This document shows, piece after piece, positions 30,448 through 40,309 of a stretch of DNA of 64,000 bases. Origin of the DNA: a virus. Lineage: Duplodnaviria > Caudoviricetes. Within the stretch, counting starts at the first letter, position 1, and each line of letters opens with the position of its first letter. A program made the position numbers and the translations under genes. The stretch lies in the IMG/VR virus record IMGVR_UViG_3300045595_000041, positions 1-64,000 of that record; one strand, given 5' to 3'. The notes below the pieces were generated by a model, which saw only the letters and a program-made list of their open reading frames with translations, had not been told where the DNA came from and made no database searches.

Positions 30448-31401
30448 ATGACTGTTAAGTCTCGCTCTAAGAAATTCGAAGTTAATGATTCTCGCTTTCC
30501 AAATGAGCGTATCAAGAATAGAAGCAATGTCGTCAATGATTTGACCGCTATCGATGTCAATCTAAGATACATGCCGACATGGGAAGAAGCTAAAGCTTTT
30601 CTTCCAGATGCTATCATGTCGACATGGGCTGCTAAATCAGATGAGTATGACTTCACTGAGCATCAGAAAGATGCTCTTATGTATAGAGCACTACGAAAGA
30701 AGTTCCTACCTCAATATCTAGAATTCGTTAACGTAGTGTTTTCTGTCGATGGAATGACAGCACACGATCTTTCACATACATTGCGAAACAGGAATGCTTC
30801 TTTTGCAGTAGAATGCACAGGCGACAATTACAAGAATCGCAATGATGTTTCTATGCCAGAAGCCTATAAGGAGCTTGGCTTATCGCATGAGTATGAAGCG
30901 CTTGCTACGCTTCAAATGGATCTGTATGCTAAAGCAATCAATTCTGGTATGAGTGTGCAAGATGCAAGACTTATCTTGCCAAGAGGCATCCATCAGTTCG
31001 TAATGATGAGGATGACACTTGGCAATGCTCTTGGTCTTATTGCTCAGAGAATTGATCTGCAGATCCAGCCGAAAAGTGACAATCTAATGGCACTTCAGCT
31101 TGCAGTTGCTATGTGTAAGAAATGGCCATTGCTTGCAACTCTTATTGATTTTGATGACACTAACTGGTACTATGTCAAAGAGACTACGACCAACTTTGCT
31201 TCTAGATTCTTCAAGCCACTTCCGCAAAATGACAAGTTCGAGAACGATGACATTGAATTCAAATTCGATGCAGACCCTCTGCATATCCCAGGTCAGAAGA
31301 CATTCATCAAGTTGCTGAATAAGTACAAAGATGAATTGCTAGCAATCAGAAAGCAAGCAGAAGCAGATTATCCATGGGTTTTCGATGAGGACTATCGCTG
31401 A
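30448..31401 (+). CDS. thyX: ThyX-like flavin-dependent thymidylate synthase variant
   Basis: LEF...F.VDG, LRNRNASFAVEC (canonical RHR-x7-S), QDARLILP. Confidence 0.75.
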   Translation: MTVKSRSKKFEVNDSRFPNERIKNRSNVVNDLTAIDVNLRYMPTWEEAKAFLPDAIMSTWAAKSDEYDFTEHQKDALMYRALRKKFLPQYLEFVNVVFSVDGMTAHDLSHTLRNRNASFAVECTGDNYKNRNDVSMPEAYKELGLSHEYEALATLQMDLYAKAINSGMSVQDARLILPRGIHQFVMMRMTLGNALGLIAQRIDLQIQPKSDNLMALQLAVAMCKKWPLLATLIDFDDTNWYYVKETTTNFASRFFKPLPQNDKFENDDIEFKFDADPLHIPGQKTFIKLLNKYKDELLAIRKQAEADYPWVFDEDYR

Positions 31402-31424
31402 TTTAGCTGTCTGGAGTCTCTATC

Positions 31425-32915
31425 ATGGCATATGACAAGGTCAAGAAAGCATGTCTTTCGCATAAGTTCTTAGAGCTTTTCTCTGATGATGATGAAGTGC
31501 TGTATGCTATGAAAGAGACGCCTAAGGCAGTGCTTCTGAAAGGCATTGCAACAGAGTCTTGGGTTCCGAAGTCATGCATATCAGAAGCGAATGCTATCGA
31601 TTTTGATTCTATGTATTCTTCTCAGGAGAAGAGCATAAAATTTCCGATCAAGCATGACACAGAACACAAGTATAAGAACGTGCTTGCTTTGCCTCTGTAT
31701 CAGCATCAGCAAGATGTCGTCAAGACGTTGAAAGACAGTCGTCATTCATATCTTGGCATGGAGATGGGCACAGGAAAGACTGCTTCATCTCTTGCTCATA
31801 TTGCTATACAGAAGCAGAAGTATCCAATACAAATCATATGCGAAAAAGGCCTGATGTCCCAGTGGAAGAGCGAAATACACAAGTTTGCTCCAGACCTAGA
31901 AGACAGAGTAAGAATCATAAACTACGACAAGATATTTCGAGATTCTTGCAAAGCGTATCTTTCAGAATTGAAGAAGAATCGCTACTTTCTTATACTTGAA
32001 GAAGTTTCTTGTCTAGGACATATAGAAGCTAAGAGAACGCAGAAGTCTATAGAGCTAGCTAAGAATGCTTTTGATGTTCAGATGCTTTCAGGCTCTTTCT
32101 ACGGCGGCAAACTAGAGCAATTCTATCCAGTCTTCACTATTCAGGGCTTTACTGGCTCTAAAGAGCAATTTGAGAGCATGTTCACAATAAAGATTCCTAG
32201 TGTCAAATCTGTAAGGACTAGATACGGATACACTAAAATCAAAGACGAAAGAATTATCGGATATAAGAACATTGATTTGATGCTCAAAAAGTCTTCTAAA
32301 TCTGGAGCTGTGTATCTTAAGACAGAAGACTGCATAGACTTGCCTGAGACAGTCATATCTAGCGTATATGTAGCATTAGACAGGAAAGCAGTGAAGTATG
32401 AAGGTGCATTCTACAAGCTGCAGAACACTATTGACGACAATGAAAAAAGAGGCATGCTCGCTAAGATAAAGCACATGAATTCTTGCGCAGACAACAAGCA
32501 CAAGCTTGATGCTATAGAAGCTCTTCTTAGCAAGTCATCAGATCGCTTTGTCATAATGTATTCGCTTGTAGATGAATTAGACGCACTTAAGAGAATTTGC
32601 AAGAAAGCTAATCGAAAAGTATCAGAATGGAATGGTTCTGTAAAAGACAGAACTGCTTTCGACAAGTATGACAATTCTGTGATGCTAGTCCAATGGCAGT
32701 CTGGTGCGAAAGGGCTGAATCTTCAGAAAGCAAACAAGATGATATTCACTTCTCCAATACCATCAGATGCTTACATACAAGCAAAGAAGAGAATACACAG
32801 GATCGGCCAGAAAAGAAAATGCTTCTATTGGCTTATCTGCTCTGATGACAGATTCGAAAGAAACAGGTATGAGCAGCTCTTCAAGTCTGAAGAAAGAGTC
32901 AATTCTATCGGCTGA
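31425..32915 (+). CDS. SNF2-like superfamily II helicase
   Basis: EMGTGKT, INYD, LSGS, GLNLQ, QAKKRIHRIGQ; Walker B reads EEVS. Confidence 0.85.
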   Translation: MAYDKVKKACLSHKFLELFSDDDEVLYAMKETPKAVLLKGIATESWVPKSCISEANAIDFDSMYSSQEKSIKFPIKHDTEHKYKNVLALPLYQHQQDVVKTLKDSRHSYLGMEMGTGKTASSLAHIAIQKQKYPIQIICEKGLMSQWKSEIHKFAPDLEDRVRIINYDKIFRDSCKAYLSELKKNRYFLILEEVSCLGHIEAKRTQKSIELAKNAFDVQMLSGSFYGGKLEQFYPVFTIQGFTGSKEQFESMFTIKIPSVKSVRTRYGYTKIKDERIIGYKNIDLMLKKSSKSGAVYLKTEDCIDLPETVISSVYVALDRKAVKYEGAFYKLQNTIDDNEKRGMLAKIKHMNSCADNKHKLDAIEALLSKSSDRFVIMYSLVDELDALKRICKKANRKVSEWNGSVKDRTAFDKYDNSVMLVQWQSGAKGLNLQKANKMIFTSPIPSDAYIQAKKRIHRIGQKRKCFYWLICSDDRFERNRYEQLFKSEERVNSIG

Positions 32916-32916
32916 T

Positions 32917-32945
32917 TTTACATTGCTAAAAATATGGTATATAAT
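32917..32945 (+). promoter_or_regulatory. Sigma70-type promoter
   Basis: TTTACA-N17-TATAAT. Confidence 0.75.
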
Positions 32946-32981
32946 ATAACTAATTAACCTATTAAGGAAAGGTTCTTAGTT

Positions 32982-33497
32982 ATGGCAGACTCAGGTATAT
33001 TCGTAAATAACAAGAATATGTCGTTTGAGGACTTTGGTGAAGACTCAAGAATATTCGATATTGACATGTCTGCATCTAAAGAGAAAGATCGTCTTAAGTC
33101 CGATGGATGGGCTATCTTGAAAGATGGTTTGACTAATTCTTTGCTATACAAAGAAGAGAACGGCATAAGTTGCTTTCAAAGAGTCATATCTGCTGGCGAT
33201 GTAGATGTCAATAGGATGTTCAAAGAAGACATTCCATTCTGTAAGCAATACATGTCAGACAATAGCGTTGGCAAGTCGTATTTTGAATATCTTCCAGTCA
33301 TTCTAGTTCTTAAGAACACTAAGACTACTAGACGTGGTGGAATACGAAAAGTCAATATCAAAGAGAATGACGCAAAAGTTGTAGGCTTTGATTCTTCAAG
33401 GCTTTCAGTATATGATGAAGAACCAGACGATGTGTGTCCAGTATGCTTCATGATACGAGCAAATGGCCACTGCTTTTGCGATGGCATAGCATTTTAA
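32982..33497 (+). CDS. Hypothetical protein with C-terminal Zn ribbon
   Basis: CPVCF...CFC. Confidence 0.65.
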   Translation: MADSGIFVNNKNMSFEDFGEDSRIFDIDMSASKEKDRLKSDGWAILKDGLTNSLLYKEENGISCFQRVISAGDVDVNRMFKEDIPFCKQYMSDNSVGKSYFEYLPVILVLKNTKTTRRGGIRKVNIKENDAKVVGFDSSRLSVYDEEPDDVCPVCFMIRANGHCFCDGIAF

Positions 33498-33528
33498 TAT
33501 CAAAAACAACAACAAAAAAGGAATCGCA

Positions 33529-34221
33529 ATGAAAAGAAAAGACAAAGTCTGCGACATGTCATTATTCAGCATTCAGTCTATAGACGACTGGGATGTAAAT
33601 GACATCATAGATTATGCTGGGTTTGATAGTGAGACTTATGCAAAGCTTGATGATGCAGTTATTCCTAAGATGTACAGACTTTTCAACGTATGGCCTTTAG
33701 CAGATGCTCAGAAGCTTGTCAGTGATGTCAAGGAAGAGTATTCTAGGTCGAATCTGAAAGACATCGTAGTAGACAACAGCATCTATATCTCGGAAGAGAT
33801 TGACATGCTAAGCGTAAGCAAAGCATTGAGCATCAGCAACAAAGACAAAGTATTCCGAGTAGATGACTTCAATATTATGAAATCATTCGATAAAGCGTCT
33901 GTAAGAGCTCCAAAGACTAATGAAGAGCTTTCTGAAGCGAAGTATTCAGCTTTTGACAGAATCATGAAAGATTTTGACAATCGAAGGTTTCAGAAGTCTG
34001 CTGTAGAGAATGCTAAAGAATCGTTAGAGTTTGCTATTCATGACTATTTAGAGAATGCAATCTGTCGGTATGATGAATACGGTTTGCTAATGATTAGAGG
34101 TCTGCATCAAGCAGAATACTTCATTCGCAAAATCGTCGGCAAAAGGAATTTCTCTGAGAACACATGGAAGATGCTTTCTTTCGCTTATGCGATTGATGAG
34201 AGGAAGTATTCTGGTGACTAA
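33529..34221 (+). CDS. Hypothetical protein
   Basis: RBS AAGGAA; 230-aa ORF. Confidence 0.65.
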   Translation: MKRKDKVCDMSLFSIQSIDDWDVNDIIDYAGFDSETYAKLDDAVIPKMYRLFNVWPLADAQKLVSDVKEEYSRSNLKDIVVDNSIYISEEIDMLSVSKALSISNKDKVFRVDDFNIMKSFDKASVRAPKTNEELSEAKYSAFDRIMKDFDNRRFQKSAVENAKESLEFAIHDYLENAICRYDEYGLLMIRGLHQAEYFIRKIVGKRNFSENTWKMLSFAYAIDERKYSGD

Positions 34222-35059
34222 AGCTACGCCAAGAGACTACTTCAAGAATATAGATGCAGCCTACATCAATCTAGATGTTGCTGTAGAAAGACGAGAAGCG
34301 ATAGAGAATTCTTTTGCTAATGTCTTCAGAAGTCTAACAAGGGTTGTTCCAATAGACTTCAAAGACAAGTTTGCTGTTGGTGTAGATACCAAGTTGCGGC
34401 TTATGGACGCTTTGCAGAACTATGATGAAAAAGGGTATTTCAAGTGTTCTGATCAGTATAGAATAGAAGACATGGACAGTTTCAAGCATAGAAAGAACGA
34501 TTGCGAATATGTCAATTCTGTCTGGACACCTGAACAATATGCTGCTCAAGAAAGCTTGTCTCAAACATACAAGCAAATTCTTAAAGACTTTCTAGCTAGC
34601 AAGCTAGAACATATCATGATTTTCGAAGATGATGCACGTGCTAGAGATTTTATGAATGACGAAATAGATATTCCTGATGATGCAGAAATTCTAGCATGGG
34701 GTGGAGCTACATCTTCTACTCAGACAGATGCTAAGCGTTTTGCAAATACAGAATCTTTTCATTTTCGTAGAGTAAGTGGCAAACGTACAGCATGGTATTT
34801 TACAGCTTATGAATTCACAAGAAGTGGCGCTACTAAGCTTCTTGAAGATTTTGAATCAGTTCCTGCATATACTACAGATACGATTGTCAGATATACTTTA
34901 GATAGGTCGATTGCTTATCATCTTATTCCAATGGGCTTTGTGCAAGGTGGTTCATCATATCTTGCAAGAGAAGGTGTTCAGATGCCATTGACTAGAGAAG
35001 AAGCAAAGACTTACAATCTGCAAAACATCATTAAGCCTAAAAGCAATAATTCGAAATAG
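34214..35059 (+). CDS. Glycosyltransferase family 25-like
   Basis: YINLD..ERR and MIFEDDA motifs; GTG start overlapping the previous stop. Confidence 0.75.
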   Translation: MTKATPRDYFKNIDAAYINLDVAVERREAIENSFANVFRSLTRVVPIDFKDKFAVGVDTKLRLMDALQNYDEKGYFKCSDQYRIEDMDSFKHRKNDCEYVNSVWTPEQYAAQESLSQTYKQILKDFLASKLEHIMIFEDDARARDFMNDEIDIPDDAEILAWGGATSSTQTDAKRFANTESFHFRRVSGKRTAWYFTAYEFTRSGATKLLEDFESVPAYTTDTIVRYTLDRSIAYHLIPMGFVQGGSSYLAREGVQMPLTREEAKTYNLQNIIKPKSNNSK

Positions 35060-35078
35060 AACGAATGGAAATATTGGA

Positions 35079-35936
35079 ATGACTGTCATGAGACCTGCTG
35101 ACTACTTCAAGACAATTGATGCAGTGTACATCAATCTAGATGTTGCCACAGAAAGACGAGCCTCTATAGAACACGATTTTGGCAATGCATTCAGAAGTCT
35201 TACAAGAGTAGAGCCTGTTCATTTCGACGACATGTTTTCAGCCGGTGTAGATGCTAAAATCAGGCTTATGGAATCTGCTAAAAGCTATGATGAAAAAGGA
35301 TATTTCAAATGTTCAGAGCAATACAAGGAGATAAGTGCTGATCGTTTCAAGAAGCGAAAAGGTGGCAGCGTCCATGCTAATTCTGTATGGACACCAGAAC
35401 AGTATGCTGCACAAGAAAGCCTGTCTCAAACATCTAGAAAGATATTGCAAGCTTTTCTTAACACGTCTTTAAGTAGTTTGATGATTCTTGAAGATGATGC
35501 TCGCGCTAGAGATTTCATGAATCAAGAACTTGACATTCCAGATGCAGATATATTAGTGTGGGGTGGGGCTGTTACATCTGCGCAGTCAGACGCAGACAGA
35601 TTCGCTAAGACAAAATCATTCAGCTTCACCAAGATCAATGGAAAGCATAGCTCTTGGTATACAACAGCATATGAAGTGTCAAGACTTGGTGCAGCTAAGC
35701 TTCTTGAAGAGTATCTTGCTCGTCCTGCTTACACTACAGATACAGTATGGCGATATGCTTTTGATGAAGTAGACACATACAGGCTTTCACCAATGGGCTT
35801 TGTTCAGGGAGCGTCATCATATCTAGCTGATGCAGGCGTAGCAATGCCATTGACTAGAGATGAAGCTGCAGCGTATTGCTTCGAAGACATGACACATCGG
35901 ACTAGGATTGTACAAAAGAACAGAATGGTTATATAA
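35079..35936 (+). CDS. Glycosyltransferase family 25-like (paralogue of 34214)
   Basis: YINLD..ERR, MILEDDA; long identical stretches with the upstream gene (NSVWTPEQYAAQESLSQT). Confidence 0.75.
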   Translation: MTVMRPADYFKTIDAVYINLDVATERRASIEHDFGNAFRSLTRVEPVHFDDMFSAGVDAKIRLMESAKSYDEKGYFKCSEQYKEISADRFKKRKGGSVHANSVWTPEQYAAQESLSQTSRKILQAFLNTSLSSLMILEDDARARDFMNQELDIPDADILVWGGAVTSAQSDADRFAKTKSFSFTKINGKHSSWYTTAYEVSRLGAAKLLEEYLARPAYTTDTVWRYAFDEVDTYRLSPMGFVQGASSYLADAGVAMPLTRDEAAAYCFEDMTHRTRIVQKNRMVI

Positions 35937-35937
35937 T
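35909..35937 (+). promoter_or_regulatory. Sigma70-type promoter (variant -35)
   Basis: TGTACA-N17-TATAAT. Confidence 0.6.
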
Positions 35938-35999
35938 TATAAATATAAGGATTAAGAAGATTCCTTAGAATAACTTCTACAAAAAAGAAAGAATCACGA

Positions 36000-36473
36000 A
36001 TGATTCCATACGTTGAATTGATTGGTCCAGACAGGTCTGGAAAGTCAACTATACTAAATTGTTTCAGAAAACGTCTTGGAAAAGACAAATTCTCTTTTGA
36101 GTTCATTCAAGACAGAGGCATTGCAGATAGCATTGTTCTTGATGCTTATTTCGATAGAACTAATGAAGATGTTCTTGATGAAAGACTAGCTTTTCTTGAA
36201 TCTGCAAAGCAGCATTACGAAATCATCTATGTGCATTCTAGTGCACCTATTCTTCAAGATAGAGTAGATGAAGAATTTGACAAAACTGATGCAGAAGACA
36301 GTTTCATGAATAAAGTCAAAGTTGATTCTAGCAAGCAATTAGAGCTTTATGACTTCTATTATGGTATGTTCAAGTCTTTCATGCCATTCGTTTTCGAATA
36401 CGATACTGAGTCGCATTCTACTGATTTCATTGTAGACGAATTGCTGAAGAATAGAAAAGAAAAGGATTCGTAG
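36000..36473 (+). CDS. Deoxynucleoside monophosphate (thymidylate-like) kinase
   Basis: GPDRSGKST P-loop, IQDRG. Confidence 0.75.
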   Translation: MIPYVELIGPDRSGKSTILNCFRKRLGKDKFSFEFIQDRGIADSIVLDAYFDRTNEDVLDERLAFLESAKQHYEIIYVHSSAPILQDRVDEEFDKTDAEDSFMNKVKVDSSKQLELYDFYYGMFKSFMPFVFEYDTESHSTDFIVDELLKNRKEKDS

Positions 36474-39400
36474 ATGTCATACATAGGACTTCATCAACAC
36501 GCTGATTCTTCATGTTTGGATGGTTTTCAAACTCGTCAAGAACTTGTTTCAAGAGCAAAAAGTCTTGGCATGAATGCTGTAGCTATAACAGATCATGGAA
36601 CTTGCGCAATTCATGTCAAGTTTGCGCAAGAATGTGCTAAGCAGTCAGATGACAATCTTACTATCAAGCCGATATTCGGTATAGAGTCATATCTTGTAGA
36701 CGATGTTCATGATATCATGACAGACAGGATAGCTCATACTAGAGCTGGAAAAGTCAAATACAATAAAGAGACTGGCGAGCCTGAATTAGAGAAGCAAAGA
36801 GCTTCAGACTTCAATCATTGTTGCTTATGGGCTCAGAATGACAAAGGCTTGGAGAATCTTTGGACTGTGTCTACTCTTTCATATACTGAAGGGTTCTACA
36901 GAAAGCCACGTATTGACTTCAATATGCTTAAGAAGTATGGTGAAGGCTTGTTCATATCCGACGGTTGCATGCTTTCTAGAGTATCAAGATGCATAGCTAA
37001 CGATGATATCAAAGGTGCAGTTGCATGGGAAAAGAAGCTTATTGATGCTGTTGGCAAAGAAAATGTGCTTGTAGAGATTCATACATGGCAATTCTGTGAC
37101 CCAAAGACTGAAGAGCAGTTCAATCTAAATAGCATAATGACGAAGACTAATAAAGTCAAGATTGAAATTGCTAAAGAGCTTGGTCTTAGAACTATAGCAG
37201 TCAATGATGCTCATTATGCAAAAAGAGAAGACTATCGCTGGCATGAGCTTGTATGGCAGTCAACTACAGGAAAAGGTAGCGATCTGAATGATGACAAGAC
37301 TAGTGGTCGTGGAGAGACAGCCGCTTGGGTCATGTCCGAAGATGAATGCTTCTATTGGCTAAAGAAGCATGGTCTTGATGACGAAGACATTCAGACAGCT
37401 ATAGACAATACTCAATGGGTTGCAGATCATTGCAATGCAAAAATCAAATTCGGCATGGTGCCACCACGATATGGTGACTCTAAGGAAGACGATGACAGAC
37501 TGCTTGAGAAGCTTGTCTTAGAGGGTGCTAGAGAAAGAATTCCTTCTGTAGATCAAGCTCAAGAATATATGGCAGAGCTTAAGAAAGAGCTTGAGCTTAT
37601 AGAGAAGACAGACTTGTCAGGATACTTCCTTATTGTCTGGGATTATGTCAACTTTGTCTTGTCAGATGACGAAGATGGTTCTAAGTATGGAATAATAGGC
37701 AAGAAAGCTTCACTGCTAGGTTGCGGAAGAGGCTCGAGTGGAGCTTCAGTAGTATGCTACTTCTTAAGGATTACTAATATCGATCCAATAAAGAACAGAC
37801 TGTATTTCGAACGCTTTCTTACTGCAGGTCGTGTTGTATCGTCTGTCAACATCAAGTTTGAAGATGGATGGAAGAAATTCTCACCATCTGAAAAGATAGC
37901 TCTATCTGATGGCACAAGCAAAGATGCATGGAAGCTTTTGTATGAAGAAGATGATACAGAATATGGGAAAGAGTTAGATTCTAGTTTCGATTTCAAAGAC
38001 TGTCCAGATATCGATCTTGATTTTGAAGCTTCAGTCATTCCACAAGTAGATGCATATCTTAAGAAACGCTGGGGCGAATGGAATGTGTGCAGAATCGGTA
38101 CTGAACTGCAAGGCAAGATATCTACTGCTGTTCATGACGTGTTTGCTATCCATGGATACTCTTCTTCAGACATATTCAGTCTAAATCGGAAGATTGCTGC
38201 AACAGGCTGGGATACTGGTGAATATATGGAGCTTCAGACTTATGAAGACTTCATAGAATGCATATCTAAAGATGAAGACCTTAAGAAGATTGTAGATGAG
38301 ACAGAGTACTTCAAAGAAGCATGGAATTTCGGTGGAAGAATCAGGACATATGGCGTACACGCTTCAGGATATGTGATATCTAAGAATTCGTTGCTTGGCA
38401 AGATTCCTCTTCGTGTTGCACAAGGTATTCTTGTCACGCAATTTGCTCATGATCAAGTTGCAGACATGGGATTCATAAAGTATGATGTTCTGAAGCTTTC
38501 TTCTCTTGGAACTATACGTGAAGTATATGAGAATGTACACGGCAAGATCGATCCAGATCGCATCTATTCTGAAATGCAGAATGACAAGCTATTTGATGGC
38601 GCTACTATATGGAAGCAGACATGGGATGGGGATGTCTTGGGCATATTCCAGCTAGATACTCCATTAGGCAAGACGACTGCAACTAATGCTATGATCAATT
38701 CAGTGTCTGACGCTGGCATGATTACTGCTGTTGACAGGCCAGGTCTTGTAAGAAGTGGGCTTATCAAAGACTTCTACAAGGTCAGAAAAGGCGAAGAGGG
38801 ATGTCCAAGCTACCATCCATTCACAGATTCTATTCTTGAAGAGACTTCAGGCTTTGTCGTATATCAGGAGCAGATCATGAAGATCTACTCTAGACTATGC
38901 AACATGAATATGGAAGAAGCAGACAATGTAAGGAAGGTGTTCTCTAAGAAGCAAGTCACTAAAGTGCCTGCAATGAAGAAGTTGCTTTATGACGCATGTC
39001 TTAATGACAAGAACTTCATAGACAATGTTCCTACGAAGTACTCATCTCCTGAAGAATGCCTTGACGATCTATGGGTTGGAATATCAAGAACAGCAGAATA
39101 TAGCTTTAACTCTGCTCATGCAAAAAGTTACGGGATGATAACAGCATATGAGCAGTACATGAAGGTCAGATGGCCATTGCTTTTCGTATGTGCATCTTTG
39201 AATACAGATCCAGGTCAGACAGATTTTTTGAAGTATGCTATAGTCCATGGATACAAAGTCAAGACTCCGAATGTCAATAAGTCTACTGACAGATATGTAG
39301 TCGATGATGATACGATATACATGCCCATGTGGTCGATAAAGGGTGTTGGTGGCAAAGCTGTTGAAGAGATTCTCAATAACGGTCCATATTCATCATATGA

Positions 39401-39971
39401 CGATTTTCTAGACAAGACTACTGGAAGAGGTGGACGCAAGAAGAATGTGCTTCAAAGTCTAATATCAATAGGTGCTTTCGATGGAGTAGATGAAAGAAGC
39501 AGATATGACCTGATGTGCGCATTTGCAGAATCTAAAGGGCTAGAAAAACCATACAAGAAGAATTTCGAATCAGACAGAATAATCGCTAAGATCGAGCAAG
39601 AGCTGCTAGGCGTATCACTGTCATATGACGATGTATTGGACAACAAAGACTGGCTTATGTCTGAATCTCCTCAATCGATGGCAGGCCTTATGAAGACTGA
39701 TGTAGGTGAGTCTACTAAGATTGCTGGCAAGATAACATCTACTAAGACTAAGAATGCTAAGAATGGCTTGATGGCATGGGTAACGCTTAAGCTAGTGTCT
39801 CAAGAAGAAGTCAAGATAACAGTCTTTGCAAATTCGTATTCTAGATTCAAAGACTATCTTTCTACTGGAGACTTAGTATCGATAATGTGCAAAAGAAGCT
39901 CAGATTTCAATGGTGCTCCATCATTCATATGCAACTATGTATTCAATGAATCTATGCAGCAAGACAAATAG
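36474..39971 (+). CDS. dnaE: DNA polymerase III alpha subunit (family C)
   Basis: PHP LHQH..S.LDG and AITDHG; GRGS; FERFL; PDIDLDF; HASG; KYDVL; YQEQIM; FNSAHA; C-terminal OB fold. Confidence 0.95.
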   Translation: MSYIGLHQHADSSCLDGFQTRQELVSRAKSLGMNAVAITDHGTCAIHVKFAQECAKQSDDNLTIKPIFGIESYLVDDVHDIMTDRIAHTRAGKVKYNKETGEPELEKQRASDFNHCCLWAQNDKGLENLWTVSTLSYTEGFYRKPRIDFNMLKKYGEGLFISDGCMLSRVSRCIANDDIKGAVAWEKKLIDAVGKENVLVEIHTWQFCDPKTEEQFNLNSIMTKTNKVKIEIAKELGLRTIAVNDAHYAKREDYRWHELVWQSTTGKGSDLNDDKTSGRGETAAWVMSEDECFYWLKKHGLDDEDIQTAIDNTQWVADHCNAKIKFGMVPPRYGDSKEDDDRLLEKLVLEGARERIPSVDQAQEYMAELKKELELIEKTDLSGYFLIVWDYVNFVLSDDEDGSKYGIIGKKASLLGCGRGSSGASVVCYFLRITNIDPIKNRLYFERFLTAGRVVSSVNIKFEDGWKKFSPSEKIALSDGTSKDAWKLLYEEDDTEYGKELDSSFDFKDCPDIDLDFEASVIPQVDAYLKKRWGEWNVCRIGTELQGKISTAVHDVFAIHGYSSSDIFSLNRKIAATGWDTGEYMELQTYEDFIECISKDEDLKKIVDETEYFKEAWNFGGRIRTYGVHASGYVISKNSLLGKIPLRVAQGILVTQFAHDQVADMGFIKYDVLKLSSLGTIREVYENVHGKIDPDRIYSEMQNDKLFDGATIWKQTWDGDVLGIFQLDTPLGKTTATNAMINSVSDAGMITAVDRPGLVRSGLIKDFYKVRKGEEGCPSYHPFTDSILEETSGFVVYQEQIMKIYSRLCNMNMEEADNVRKVFSKKQVTKVPAMKKLLYDACLNDKNFIDNVPTKYSSPEECLDDLWVGISRTAEYSFNSAHAKSYGMITAYEQYMKVRWPLLFVCASLNTDPGQTDFLKYAIVHGYKVKTPNVNKSTDRYVVDDDTIYMPMWSIKGVGGKAVEEILNNGPYSSYDDFLDKTTGRGGRKKNVLQSLISIGAFDGVDERSRYDLMCAFAESKGLEKPYKKNFESDRIIAKIEQELLGVSLSYDDVLDNKDWLMSESPQSMAGLMKTDVGESTKIAGKITSTKTKNAKNGLMAWVTLKLVSQEEVKITVFANSYSRFKDYLSTGDLVSIMCKRSSDFNGAPSFICNYVFNESMQQDK

Positions 39972-40076
39972 ATTAACGACGTTGTTCTCTGTTGACTTAG
40001 AATATTAAGTATATATAATTATATATATAGTATACTAGGTATTCACAGAGATAAACGTGATGATTCTGAGTATATA
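39970..40076. repeat. Dispersed palindromic element, copy F (inverted relative to C and G)
   Basis: ACGT cores at 39979 and 40055; axis at 40018/40019. Confidence 0.88.
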
Positions 40077-40108
40077 ACAGGCTTCAATCTAATAAAGGAA
40101 ATATCAAA

Positions 40109-40309
40109 ATGGCTATTCTTAATGGCATAGAGAAAGATATCGACAATGCTTTGCATTCTGTATGCGAAGTACTGACTACAAATGACAATCTTACAGTCAT
40201 TGAATCTGATCTGCTTACGCAGTCTATAGCACATCTTGGTTCAGCTAGAACTTTGATAAAATCAGCTAAGATATCATACAAAGGCAGCTTTGGAGGTTCA
40301 AGCAAATGA
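40109..40309 (+). CDS. Small hypothetical protein
   Basis: RBS AAAGGA; coupled to next gene. Confidence 0.6.
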   Translation: MAILNGIEKDIDNALHSVCEVLTTNDNLTVIESDLLTQSIAHLGSARTLIKSAKISYKGSFGGSSK

